DNA of 64,000 nucleotides, from assembly GCA_028826165.1 (NCBI GenBank), contig JAPDFW010000053.1, positions 558,001-622,000 on the forward strand, in the 5' to 3' direction. Origin of the DNA: Anaeramoeba ignava BMAN. Taxonomy: Eukaryota; Protista; Anaeramoebae. The notes under the pieces were generated by a model. It was not told where the DNA came from. It saw nothing but the letters and a program-made list of their open reading frames with translations, and ran no database searches. Shown here in pieces: positions 11,254 to 22,709 of this stretch. Within the stretch, counting starts at the first letter, position 1; the number at the start of each line of letters is the position of its first letter. The position numbers and the translations under genes were made by a program.

Positions 11254-14200
11254 ATGGGACAAACAGAATCTAAACAAAAATTATTTGAAATTTGTGAAAA
11301 TATTAATGAAAAATCACTTAAAATTATCAAATCAATCATTTCAAAAGGAGGAGAAATTAATATTCGAAATATTCAAAAAGAAACATTATTACATTTAATT
11401 TGCAAAAATCCAAATGAATATTCAAATGAAATTATCAAATTTCTTATTGAAAAAGGAATTAAAATTAATTTACAAAATATTAATAAAGAAACTCCTTTAC
11501 ATTTAATTTGCCAAAAATTAAATCAATATTCATTTGAAATTATCAAATTTATTGTTTCAAAAAAAGCTGATATCAACTCAAAAAATATTAATAAAGAAAC
11601 ACCTTTACATTTAATTTGCAAAAATGAAAATGAAAACTTATTTGAAATTATTAAATTATTTATTGAAAACGGAGCAAAAATTAATATTCAAAACAATAAA
11701 AAAGAAACATTATTACATTTAATTTGCCAAAAAGAAAATCAAAACGAAATTATCAAATTTCTTATTGAAAAAGGAATTAAAATTAATTTACAAAATATTA
11801 ATAAAGAAACTCCATTACATTTAATTTGTAAAAATTTAAATCAATATTCAAATGAAATTATCAAATTTCTTGTTGAAAAAGGAATTGATATCAGCTCAAA
11901 AAATATTAATGAAGAAACACCTTTACATTTAATTTGTAAAAATCCAAATCAATATTCATTTGAAATTATTAAATATTTTCTTTCACAAGAAATTGATATC
12001 AACTCAAAAAATATTAATAAAGAAACACCTTTACATTTAATTTGCCAAAATCAAAATGAAAAATCAATACAAATTATCAAATATCTTCTTTTCCAAGGAG
12101 CTAACATTAATTTGCAAAATAAAAATGAAGAAACAATTTTACATTTTGCTTGTAAAAATGAAAATGAGAATTCAATTGAAATTATTAAATATCTTCTTTC
12201 AAAAGGAATTTCCATTAATTCAGAAACAAAATACAAAAAAGAAACACCTTTACATTTAATTTGTAAAAATCCAAACCCAAATTCATTTGCAATTATAAAA
12301 CTTCTTGTTGAAAGAGGAGCTAACGTTAATACCAAAACTGATTATTATTGCGAAACAGTGTTTGCATATAGTTTGTTTGAATCATTTCGAAAACTTTTAT
12401 GAAATTATCAAACTTTTCCTAGAAAAAGGAGCAGATGTCAATGCCAAATCAACTGACAACAAAACACCCTTTTATTTTGCTTGTAAAAATAAGCATAAAA
12501 AAGCAAATGATATTATAAAATTACTTATTGAGAAAGGAGCTGTTATTAACTTTGAGAATAATGAAAAAGAAACAGCATTACATTTAATTTGTCAAAATCT
12601 AAATGAGAATTCAATTGAAATTATAGAACTTCTTGTTGAAAATGGAGCAGATGTTAATGCCAAAACAAATGAGAATAAAACACCTCTGCATTTTGCTTGT
12701 CAATTTCAAAATTCAAATTCATTTGATATTGTTAAAATTCTTGTTTCAAAAGGAGCAGATGTTAATGCCAAAACAAATGATAATCAAACACCTCTAGATT
12801 TAGCTTATCAAAGTCAAACCCAAAATTCAATTGAAATTATTAAATTCTTTATTGAAAAAGGTGCTGATATTAATTCAAAAACATTGAATCAAGAAACTCC
12901 TTTACATTTTGCTTGTAAAAATCAAAATTTAAATGAAAATTCTCTTGAAATGATCAAATTTCTTGTTGAAAAAGGGATAGATGTCAATGCCAAAACACAA
13001 TCAAATCAAGACACAGCTTTACATTATTTATGTCGAAGTCAGGAGGAAAATTCAATTGAAATTATGAAGTTTCTCATATCAAAAGGTGCTGATGTCAATG
13101 CAAAATCAAAAAATCAAAAAACTCCTTTACATTTAATTTGTGAAAATCAAAGCCAAAATAAAAGAGTGATTGAAATTATCAAATTATTTATCGAAAAAGG
13201 AGCAGATGTTAATGCCAAAATTAATAATGAAATTTCACCTTTACATTTAATTTGTCAAAATCAAAATGAAAACGAATATTCATTTGAAATTATTAAACTT
13301 CTTATTGAAAAAGGAGCTGATGTGAATATAGAAACAACCTATAAAATTACACCTTTACACCTACTCTCTACGCATAAGCACTACAATTCGTTATATATTA
13401 TCAAATTTCTTGTTTCAAAAGGAGCTAGTATCAATGTGAAAACATTAAATCAAGAAACTTCTTTACATTTCGCTTGTCAAAATCAAAATGAATATTCATT
13501 TGAAATTATCAAATTTCTTGTTGAAAAAGGTGCTGATATTAATGCAAAAACAACAAATCAAGAAACTCCTTTACACATAATTTGCCAAAATGAAAACCAA
13601 ACTAAAAATAAATATAAAATCCAAATCCAGATTCAAAATCAAAATCAAAATCAAAATCAAAATCAATAATCAAAATGAAAATTTATTTGAAATTATTAAA
13701 TTTCTTGTTGAAAAAGGTGCTAATATCAATTCAAAAATATTAAATCAAGAAACTCCTTTACATTTAATTTGCCAAAATAAAAATGAAAATTTATTTGAAA
13801 TTATTAAATATTTTGTTGAAAAAGGTGCTGATATTAATTCAAAAACAAAAACTCAAGAAACTCCTTTACATTTAATTTGCAAAAATCAAAATGAAAATTT
13901 ATTTGAAATTATCAAATTTCTTGTTGAAAAAGGTGCTGATATCAATTCAAAAACAAAAACTCAAGAAACTCCTTTACATTTTATATGCAAATATCAAAAT
14001 GAAAATTTATTTGAAATTATCAAATATTTTGTTGAAAAAGGTGCTGATATTAATTCAAAAACAAAAACTCAAGAAACTCCTTTACATTTTATATGCAAAT
14101 ATCAAAATGAAAATTTATTTGAAATTATCAAATTTCTTGTTGAAAAAGGTGCTAATATCAATTCAAAAACAAAAACTCAAGAAACTCCTTTACATTTAGT

Positions 14201-15167
14201 TTGCAAATACCAAAATCAAAATTTATTTGAAATTATCAAATTTTTTATTAAAAAAGGAGTTGATATTAATTCTAAAACATATAATAATAAAACACCTCTT
14301 TCTTTATTAATTCAAAATTCAAAAAGTGATGAAAAATCAATTCAATTTTTATTAATGAATGATGCAATTTTTCCTTATTTAAAACAATCAAATTTTGACT
14401 TTCCAAAAAAATTTATTCCTTTATTATTTAAAATTTATTCAATTAATCAAGATTTGAATAATTTATTAAAATCAAATGAAAATTTTTCAGATTTAATAAT
14501 TCAATCAAATGATTCATTTAAATTTAAAGTTCATAAATTAATTTTATTAATAAGATTTGATAATAATGAATTTATTTTATCAAAATTTATTAAAATTTGT
14601 TCTCAAAAATCAAAAGAAGAAGTTAAAAATGCTTTAAATTTCATTTATACAGGATTTTTTGATTTTGATTCATTTTTTAATCAAATTTCTTTACTTTCAA
14701 ATCAAAAACAATATCAACAATTTGAAAAAGAAAAGAATAAATTTGAAGAAAAAGAAAAAGAAATTGAAAAATTATTTAAAGAAATTGAAATTGATTTAAA
14801 ATGGATTAATGAAAAAAAAGGAAGAAAAGGAATAATAAAAGATTTATTCAAATTATATCAACAAAATGAAACAAAAGATTTTACAATAATAATTTCAAAA
14901 GAAAAAGAAATTAAAGTTCATAAATTAATATTAATAATTAGAAGTGAATTATATAAAGGAATGTTTGAATTAAATGTTGAAGATTCATCAAATCAAGTTC
15001 ATGATTATTCAAATAAATCAAATGAAACAATTCAACAATTAATTTATTTTCTTTATAATGATAAATTTGAAAACGAAATCCCAAAAGAAATTAAAGAAGA
15101 ATATTTAGATTTAAAAGATTATTATCAATTAAATCAAAATTCAATTATTGATTTATTTTTAAATTAA
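11254..15167 (+). CDS. Ankyrin-repeat + tandem BTB protein A4
   Basis: ORFs 11254-12402, 12305-13669 and 13590-15167 form one ANK-BTB gene with indels at about 12360 and in the (CAAAAT)n tract at about 13600-13670. Confidence 0.85.
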
Positions 15168-15225
15168 AATTAAAAAAAACAAATTTCATTTTTTTCATTT
15201 TCTTTTCATTTTAATAAAAAAAACA

Positions 15226-17552
15226 ATGAGAAAAAACACAAAAAAAGAATTATTTGAAGCTTGTCAAAAAAACTCTTTGCAAAATATCAAAAATTTGCTT
15301 AAAAAAAAATCAAAAGAAATTAATGAGAAAACAAAATTAACTAACAATACTGCATTACATTTTGCTTGCCAAAATAGTAATCAAGATCAAAACAAACTTG
15401 AGACTATTAAATTTCTTGTTTCAAAAAAAGCGAATGTTAATGCTGAAAATAAAAATAAAGAAACTCCTTTACATTTAATTTGTGAAAATCCAATTCAAAA
15501 CGAATATTCACTTGAAATTATTAAATTTCTTGTTGAAAAAAAAGCAAAAATTAATTTACAATTAACAGGTTACAAATATACTGCTGATGATCGTTTTCCT
15601 GTGTTTGAAATATCATATTATGATTACGATGACTGTTTTTATTTGGAAAAAAATTTTGAAAACGATAACCAAGAATATAATGAACAAGCTCCATTACATT
15701 TAATTTGTGAAAATCAAAATCAAAATGAATATTCATTTGAAATTGTCAAATTCCTTGTTTCAAAAAAGGCTGATATTAATTCTCTAACTAAAAAAAAAGA
15801 AACTCCATTACATTTAATTTGTCAAAATCAAAATGAAAACGAATATTCACTTGAAATTATCAAATTCTTTATTGAAAAAGGAGCTGATATTAATTCCAAA
15901 ACATTAACTCAGCAAACTCCTTTACATTTAATTTGCCGAAAATCAAAATCAAAATGAATATTCACTTGAAATTGTTAAATTCCTTGTTGAAAAAGGAGCT
16001 GATATTAATTCTAAAACAGAAAACCAACAAACTCCATTACATTTAATTTGTCAAAATCAAAATCAAAATGAATATTCACTTGAAATTGTTAAATTCCTTG
16101 TTGAAAAAGGTGCTGATATCAATTCTCAAAATTTAAATCAAACAACTCCTTTACATTTAATTTGTCAAAACCAAAATCAATATTCATTCGAAATTGTTAA
16201 ATTCCTTGTTGAAAAAGGTGCTGATATTAATATTCAAAATTTAAATCAAACAACTCCTTTACATTTAATTTGTCAAAACCAATCAATTGAGATTATTAAA
16301 TTCTTTATTGAAAAAGGATCTGATATTAATTTAAAAACATTGAATCAAGAAACTCCTTTACATTTCGTTTGTAAAAACAGAAATTCAAATTCATTTGAAA
16401 TTATTAAATTCTTTATTGAAAAAGGAATTGATATTAATTCAAAAACAAAAGATCAAGAAACTCCTTTACATTTTGCTTGTTTAATTCAAAATTCACTTGA
16501 AATTATTAAATTCCTTTGTTGAAAAAGGAGCTGATATTAATGCTAAAACAATAAATCAAGAAACTCCTTTACATTTTGCTTGTCAAAACAGAAATTCAAA
16601 TTCATTTGAAATTATTAAATATTTTGTTTCAAAGAAAGTTGATGTTAATATTGAAAACAAATACAACAATAAAACACCTCTTTCTTTATTAATTCAAAAT
16701 TCAAAAAGTGATGAAAAATCAATTCAATTTTTATTAATGAATGATGCAATTTTTCCTTATTTAAATGAATCAAATCTTCAATTTCCAAAAAGATTTATTC
16801 CTTTCTTATTTAAAATTTATTCAATTAATCAAGATTTAAATAATTTATTAAAATCAAATGAAAATTTTACAGATTTAATAATTCAATCAAATGATTCATT
16901 TAAATTTAATGTTCATAAATTAATTTTATTAATAAGATTTGATAATAATGAATTAATTTTATCAAAATTTATTGAAATTTGTTCTCAAAAATCAAAAGAA
17001 GAAGTTAAAAATGCTTTAAATTTCATTTATACAGGATTTATTGATTTTGATTCATTTTTTAATCAAATTTCTTTACTTTCAAATCAAAAAATAAAACAAT
17101 ATCAACAATTTGAAAAAGAAAGGAATAAATTTGAAGAAAAAGAAAAAGAAATTGAAGAATTATTTAAAGAAATTGGAATTGATTTAAAATGGATTGAATC
17201 AAAAAAAGGAAGAAAAGGGATAATAAAAGATTTATCCAAATTATATCAACAAAATAAAACAAAAGATTTTACAATAATAATTTCAAAAGAAAAAGAAATT
17301 AAAGTTCATAAATTAATATTAATAATTAGAAGTGAATTATATAAAGGAATGTTTTTAAATGTTGAAGATTCATCAAATCAAGTTCATGATTATTCAAATA
17401 AATCAAATGAAACAATTCAACAATTAATTTATTTTCTTTATAATGATGAATTTGAAAAAGAAATTAAAGAAGAAATTAAAGAAGAATATTTAGATTTAAA
17501 AGATTATTATCAATTAAATCAAAATTCAATTATTGATTTATTTTTAATTTAA
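15226..17552 (+). CDS. Ankyrin-repeat + tandem BTB protein A5
   Basis: ANK repeats run from 15226 to about 16690 with indels at about 15938 and 16515, followed by the same BTB-BTB tail. Confidence 0.85.
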
Positions 17553-17786
17553 AAATTTTTTTTTCGCATTTTGATTTTAATTTTTTTTTTTCTCCTTTCT
17601 TTCTTTTTCTTAATTAATTAAAAAAAAAAAAATAAAAAAAAATTTTTTTCAATTTTTTTTTCATTTTTCAATTCAATTTTAATAAACATAAAATAAAAAT
17701 ACAAATTATTACTTTATTATTTTTTTTTAAAATTCAATTAAATTCAATTAAATTTAATTAAATTAAAATTAAATCATTTTTAAACA

Positions 17787-20700
17787 ATGAGTGAAAAAGA
17801 AAAAATAACCGAACAAAAAGATCAAAAACAAGAAGAAAACAAAAATGAAAACAAAAATGAAAACAAAAATGAAAATGAAAATGAAAACAAAAATGAAAAC
17901 TTAAATGAAATTGAAAATGAAAATGAAAATGAAATTAAAGAAAATTTGGATGACAAAGGTATTGGAATCTAAATCTAAATCTAAATTAAAATTAAAATTA
18001 AAATTAAAATTAAAATTAAAATTAAAATTTAAAATTAAAATTAAAATTAAAATTAAAATTAAAATTAAAATTAAAATTAAAATTAAAATTAAAATTAAAA
18101 TTAAAATTAAAATTAAAATTAAAATTTAAAATTAAAATTAAAATTAAAATTAAAATTAAAATTAAAATTAAAATTAAAATTAATATTTAATATCAAAACC
18201 AAGATCAAGATGATAATAATTGGGATGATCAAGAAAATCAATATCAAAACCAAGATCAAGATGATAATAATTGGGATGATCAAGAAAATCAATACCAAAA
18301 CCAAGATCAAGATGATAATAATTGGGATGATCAAGAAAATCAATATCAAAACCAAGATCAAGATGATAATAATTGGGATGATCAACAAGACCAACCTCAA
18401 CAAAAAGAAGATGATTGGGAAAATGATAATCAACCTCAACAAAAACAAAAACAAGATAATTGGGGAAATGATAATAAACCTCAACAACAACAAAAAGAAG
18501 ATAATTGGGAAAATGATAATCAACCCAACAACAACAAAAACAAGATAATTGGGGAAATGATAATAAACCTCAACAAAAAGAAGATGATTGGGAAAATGAT
18601 AATCAACCTCAACAAAAACAAGATAATTGGGAAAATAATAATCAACCTCAACAAAAAGAAGATGATTGGGAAAATGATAATAAACCTCAACAAAAAGAAG
18701 ATAATTGGGGAAATGATAATAATCAACAACAACAAAAAGAAGATAATTGGGGAAATGATAATCAACCTCAACAAAAACAAAATAATTGGGAAAATGATAA
18801 TAAACCTCAACAAAGAAAACAAGATAATTGGGGAAATAATAATCAACAAAAACAAGATAATTGGGAAAATGATAATAAACCTCAACAAAAACAAGATAAT
18901 TGGGGAAATGATAATAATCAACAAAAACAAGATAATTGGGGAAATGATAATCAACCTCAACAAAAACAAAATAATTGGGGAAATGATAATCAACCTCAAC
19001 AAAAACAAAATAATTGGGGAAATGATAATAATCAACAAAAACAAGATGACTGGGGAAATGATAATCAACCTCAACAAAAACAAGATAATTGGGGAAATGA
19101 CAACCAAAGAAGACAACAAGATAACAGAAATAATTATCAACAAAGAGGGCAAGATAACAGAAATAATTATCAACAAAGACAACAAGATAACAGAAATAAT
19201 TATCAACAAAGAAGACAAGATAACAGAAATAGTTATCAACAAAGAAGACAAGATAATTGGGAATATAATCAACCTCAACAAAAACAAGATAATTGGGAAT
19301 ATAATCAACCTCAACAAAAACAAGATAATTGGGGAAATGATAATAATCAACAAAAACAAGATAATTGGGGAAATGATAATCAACCTCAACAAAAACAAGA
19401 TAATTGGGAAAATGACAACCAGTCCCAATCAAGAAGCCGAAGTCCACAAAAAAGATCTTTTGAATATGAAAACAAAAGACAAGATTCAAGAGAAAATAGT
19501 CAGCAAAGAGAATATTCTCACAAAAAATATTCCTCATCACCTTCACCATCAGATCGTAAATATACCCCAAAAGAAAAATATAATAAAGAAACCAAAGAAC
19601 CTGGTTTCAGAAAAGAATACGAGCCTGATGCAACAATAGAAACCACTTATCAAAATCAAGAAGTTAAGATTTCAGGAACAAATGATAAATTTCCAATTAT
19701 TTCTGCTTTTAATAAGAACTTACCTTTTACTCCTCAAATTAATCAAATTTTACTTTCAAAAGAATGGGATCATCCATCAGCAATTCAAGCCTTTTCATGG
19801 GTACCAATTCTTCAAGGATATGATTTTATTGGTGTTTCTGAAACCGGAAGTGGTAAATATTTTAATTTTATAAATTAATTATATAAATGAATTTTAATAT
19901 TGATTTTAATTTTGATTTTAATATTGATTTTATAAATGAATTTTAATATTAATTTATATAAATGAATTTTAATTTTAAATTCAATTTTAATTATTTTTAA
20001 TTTTAAATTCAATTTTAATTTTAAATTAATTTATATTTTAATTTTATAAATGAATTTTATAAATGAATTTTAATATTGATTTTATAAATGAATTTTAATT
20101 TTATTTAAAAAACCAGGAAAAACTCTTGCATTTGCTCTTCCTGCAATTATGCATATTCTTAGATATCAACAACAACAATCCCAAAATGAACAATCATTTC
20201 GAAACGAAGGAGATGGACCTATTGTTCTTGTTGTATCACCAACAAGAGAATTAGCAAGACAAACATTTCATGTGTTTGAAGAATTTACGGAAAAAATGGG
20301 CATAAGATGCCTGAATGTTTATGGAGGAAAATATCGAAGAGAACAAGAATTTGATTTGAAACAAGGAGTAGATGTTGTTATTGCGACACCAGGAAGATTA
20401 GTTGATTTTCTAAAACGAGCAGTTACAAATTTAAGAAGAGTCTCTTTTATTGTTCTTGATGAAGCAGATCGTCTTTTAGAAATTGGATTTCAAGACGAAA
20501 TTAATCAAATTTTAGAAAGAGTTCCTAAACAAAGACAAACTCTTATGTTTACTGCAACTTGGGTCTTAGAAACCCAAAAAATTGCAGATAATTTTTTCCA
20601 TCAACCAATTAAATGCACAATTGGAAGATCAGATCTTACACTTAATTTTAATGTTAAACAAATTGTTGATGTTGGTGTTGAAAGTGAGAAATTTGACAGG

Positions 20701-22513
20701 TTTTTTGCATTGCTTAAAAAATTATATGGAACTGGAAGAGTTTTGATTTTTACAAAAACAAAATTAAATGCTGATGAATTAACAAGATTATTAAAACAAA
20801 ATGGAATTGCAACTGTTTGTATTCATTCTGATAAAAAACAAGATGAAAGAGAATGGGTTCTTGATGAGTTCTCATCAGGTCGTTCTCTATTAATGATAGC
20901 AACTGATGTTGCTTCTCGAGGATTGTAAATTTTCTTTAAATATTAATTTTAATATTAATTTTAATTTTAATATTAATTTTAATTTTAATTTTAATTTTAA
21001 TTTTAATATTAATTTTAATATTAATTATAATTTAAATTTTAATTTTAAATATGAATTTTAATTTTAATTTTAATTTTAATTTTAATTTTAAATTTTAATT
21101 TTAATATTAATTTTAATTTTAATTTTAATTATAATTTTAATTTTAATTTTAATTTTTAATTTTAAATTGAATTTTAATTTTAATTTTAAATTTTAAAATA
21201 TTTAGAGATATTCCAAATGTTATGCATGTTATCAATTATGATTTCCCTGAGAATATTGAAGATTATATTCATCGTATCGGAAGAACAGCTAGAGCTGGAA
21301 AAAAAGGAATTGCTTATTCTTTTTTCTGTGAACAAAATTTCCCAAAAGCAAAAGCATTATTAGAAATCATGAAAGAAACAAAACAAGAAAACATTCCAGA
21401 TGAATTAATTCGATTATCAGAACGTGATTATGGTAATCGATTTGGGAATAGTGACAAACTTTCATATCACTCAGGATATCAAAGAGAACGACGTAGTTTT
21501 AATAGAAATTCTGATGATAATGATTCAGGTTTCCAAAGAAACTTTAATAGAGATGATAATGATAATGATAATGATTCAGGTTATAGAGGAAGAAGAAATT
21601 TTAATAGAGATAATGATAATGATTCAGGTTTCCAAAGAAATTTTAATAGAGATAATGATAATGATTCTGGTTTTAGAGGAAGAAGAAATTTTAATAGAGA
21701 TTATAATGATAATGATTCAGGTTTTAGAGGAAGAAGAAATTTTAATAGAGATAATGATAATGATTCTGGTTTTAAAAGAAACTTTAATAGAGATAATGAT
21801 AATGATTCAGGTTTTAAAAGAAACTTTAATAGAGATAATGATAATGATTCAGGTTTTAGAGGAAGAAGAAATTTTAATAGAGATAATGATGATAATGATT
21901 CAGGTTTTAAAAGAAACTTTAATAGAGATTATAATGATAATGATTCAGGTTTTAGAGGAAGAAGAAATTTTAATAGAGATAATGATGATAATGATTCAGG
22001 TTTCAAAAGAAACTTTAATAGAGATAATGATGATAATGATTCAGGTTATAGAGGAAGAAGAAATTTTAATAGAGATAATGATAATGATTCTGGTTATAGA
22101 GGAAGAAGAAATTTTAATAGAGATTATAATGATTCTGGTTTTAGAGGAAGAAGAAATTTTAATAGAGATAATGATAATGATTCTGGTTTTAGAGGAAGAA
22201 GAAATTTTAATAGAGATAATGATAATGATTCAGGTTTTATAGAGGAAGAAGAAATTTTAATAGAGATAATGATAATGATTCTGGTTTTAGAGGAAGAAGA
22301 AACTTTAATAGAGATAATGATAATGATTCTGGTTATAGAGGAAGAAGAAATTTTAATAGAGATAATGATGATAATGATTCTGGTTTTAAAAGAAGTTTTA
22401 ATAGAGATAATGATAATAATTCTTTTAACTCAACTCAAACTACTCAAACAACTCAAAATGATGCTTGGTCAAAAAATACAACCTCAAATACAAAAGATGA
22501 TGATGGTTGGTAA
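17787..22513 (+). CDS. DEAD-box RNA helicase, DBP2/DDX5-type core, with N-terminal Trp (WG/WE/WD) repeats and C-terminal FRG/RRNF repeats; exons 17787-17958, 18204-19852, 20117-20924, 21206-22513
   Basis: GT-AG introns 19853-20116 and 20925-21205 rebuild ETGSG|KT and ASRGL|DIP, and intron 17959-18203 joins exon 1 in frame. Motifs [38 protein letters not shown] and [12 protein letters not shown] are present. Indels at about 18526 and 22237 lie inside the repeats. Confidence 0.9.
18204..19415 (+). repeat. Coding tandem repeats: ([17 protein letters not shown])x3-4, then ~13-aa ([13 protein letters not shown])-type units
   Basis: Repeated gataattggggaaatgataatcaacctcaacaaaaacaa units in the frame continuous with the helicase. 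Confidence 0.9.
21500..22420 (+). repeat. Coding tandem repeat of ([16 protein letters not shown]) and ([14 protein letters not shown]) units
   Basis: About 20 units of 42-51 nt in the last helicase exon. Confidence 0.9.
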
Positions 22514-22709
22514 TTTTCTTATTAATTTAGTTTTCTTCTCTTTATCAATTTTGCTTTCGTTTTTTTTTTTTCATTTTAAATTCAATTTGAAATTTTTTTT
22601 TTTTTTTAAAAAATTTTGATTTTTGGATTTAAAACAATTTAAAAAGAAGTTCTCAAAAAGAAATTATTTTTCATTTTAAAAATTTTATTCTCTTTTTCTT
22701 TTTTCTTTT

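Noticed and set aside
18119-19639. Long ORFs 18119-19570(-), 18520-19428(-), 18557-19639(+) and 18210-18548(+)
   Set aside because: Shadow frames of the helicase Trp-repeat exon; the frame continuous with the helicase motifs is a different one.
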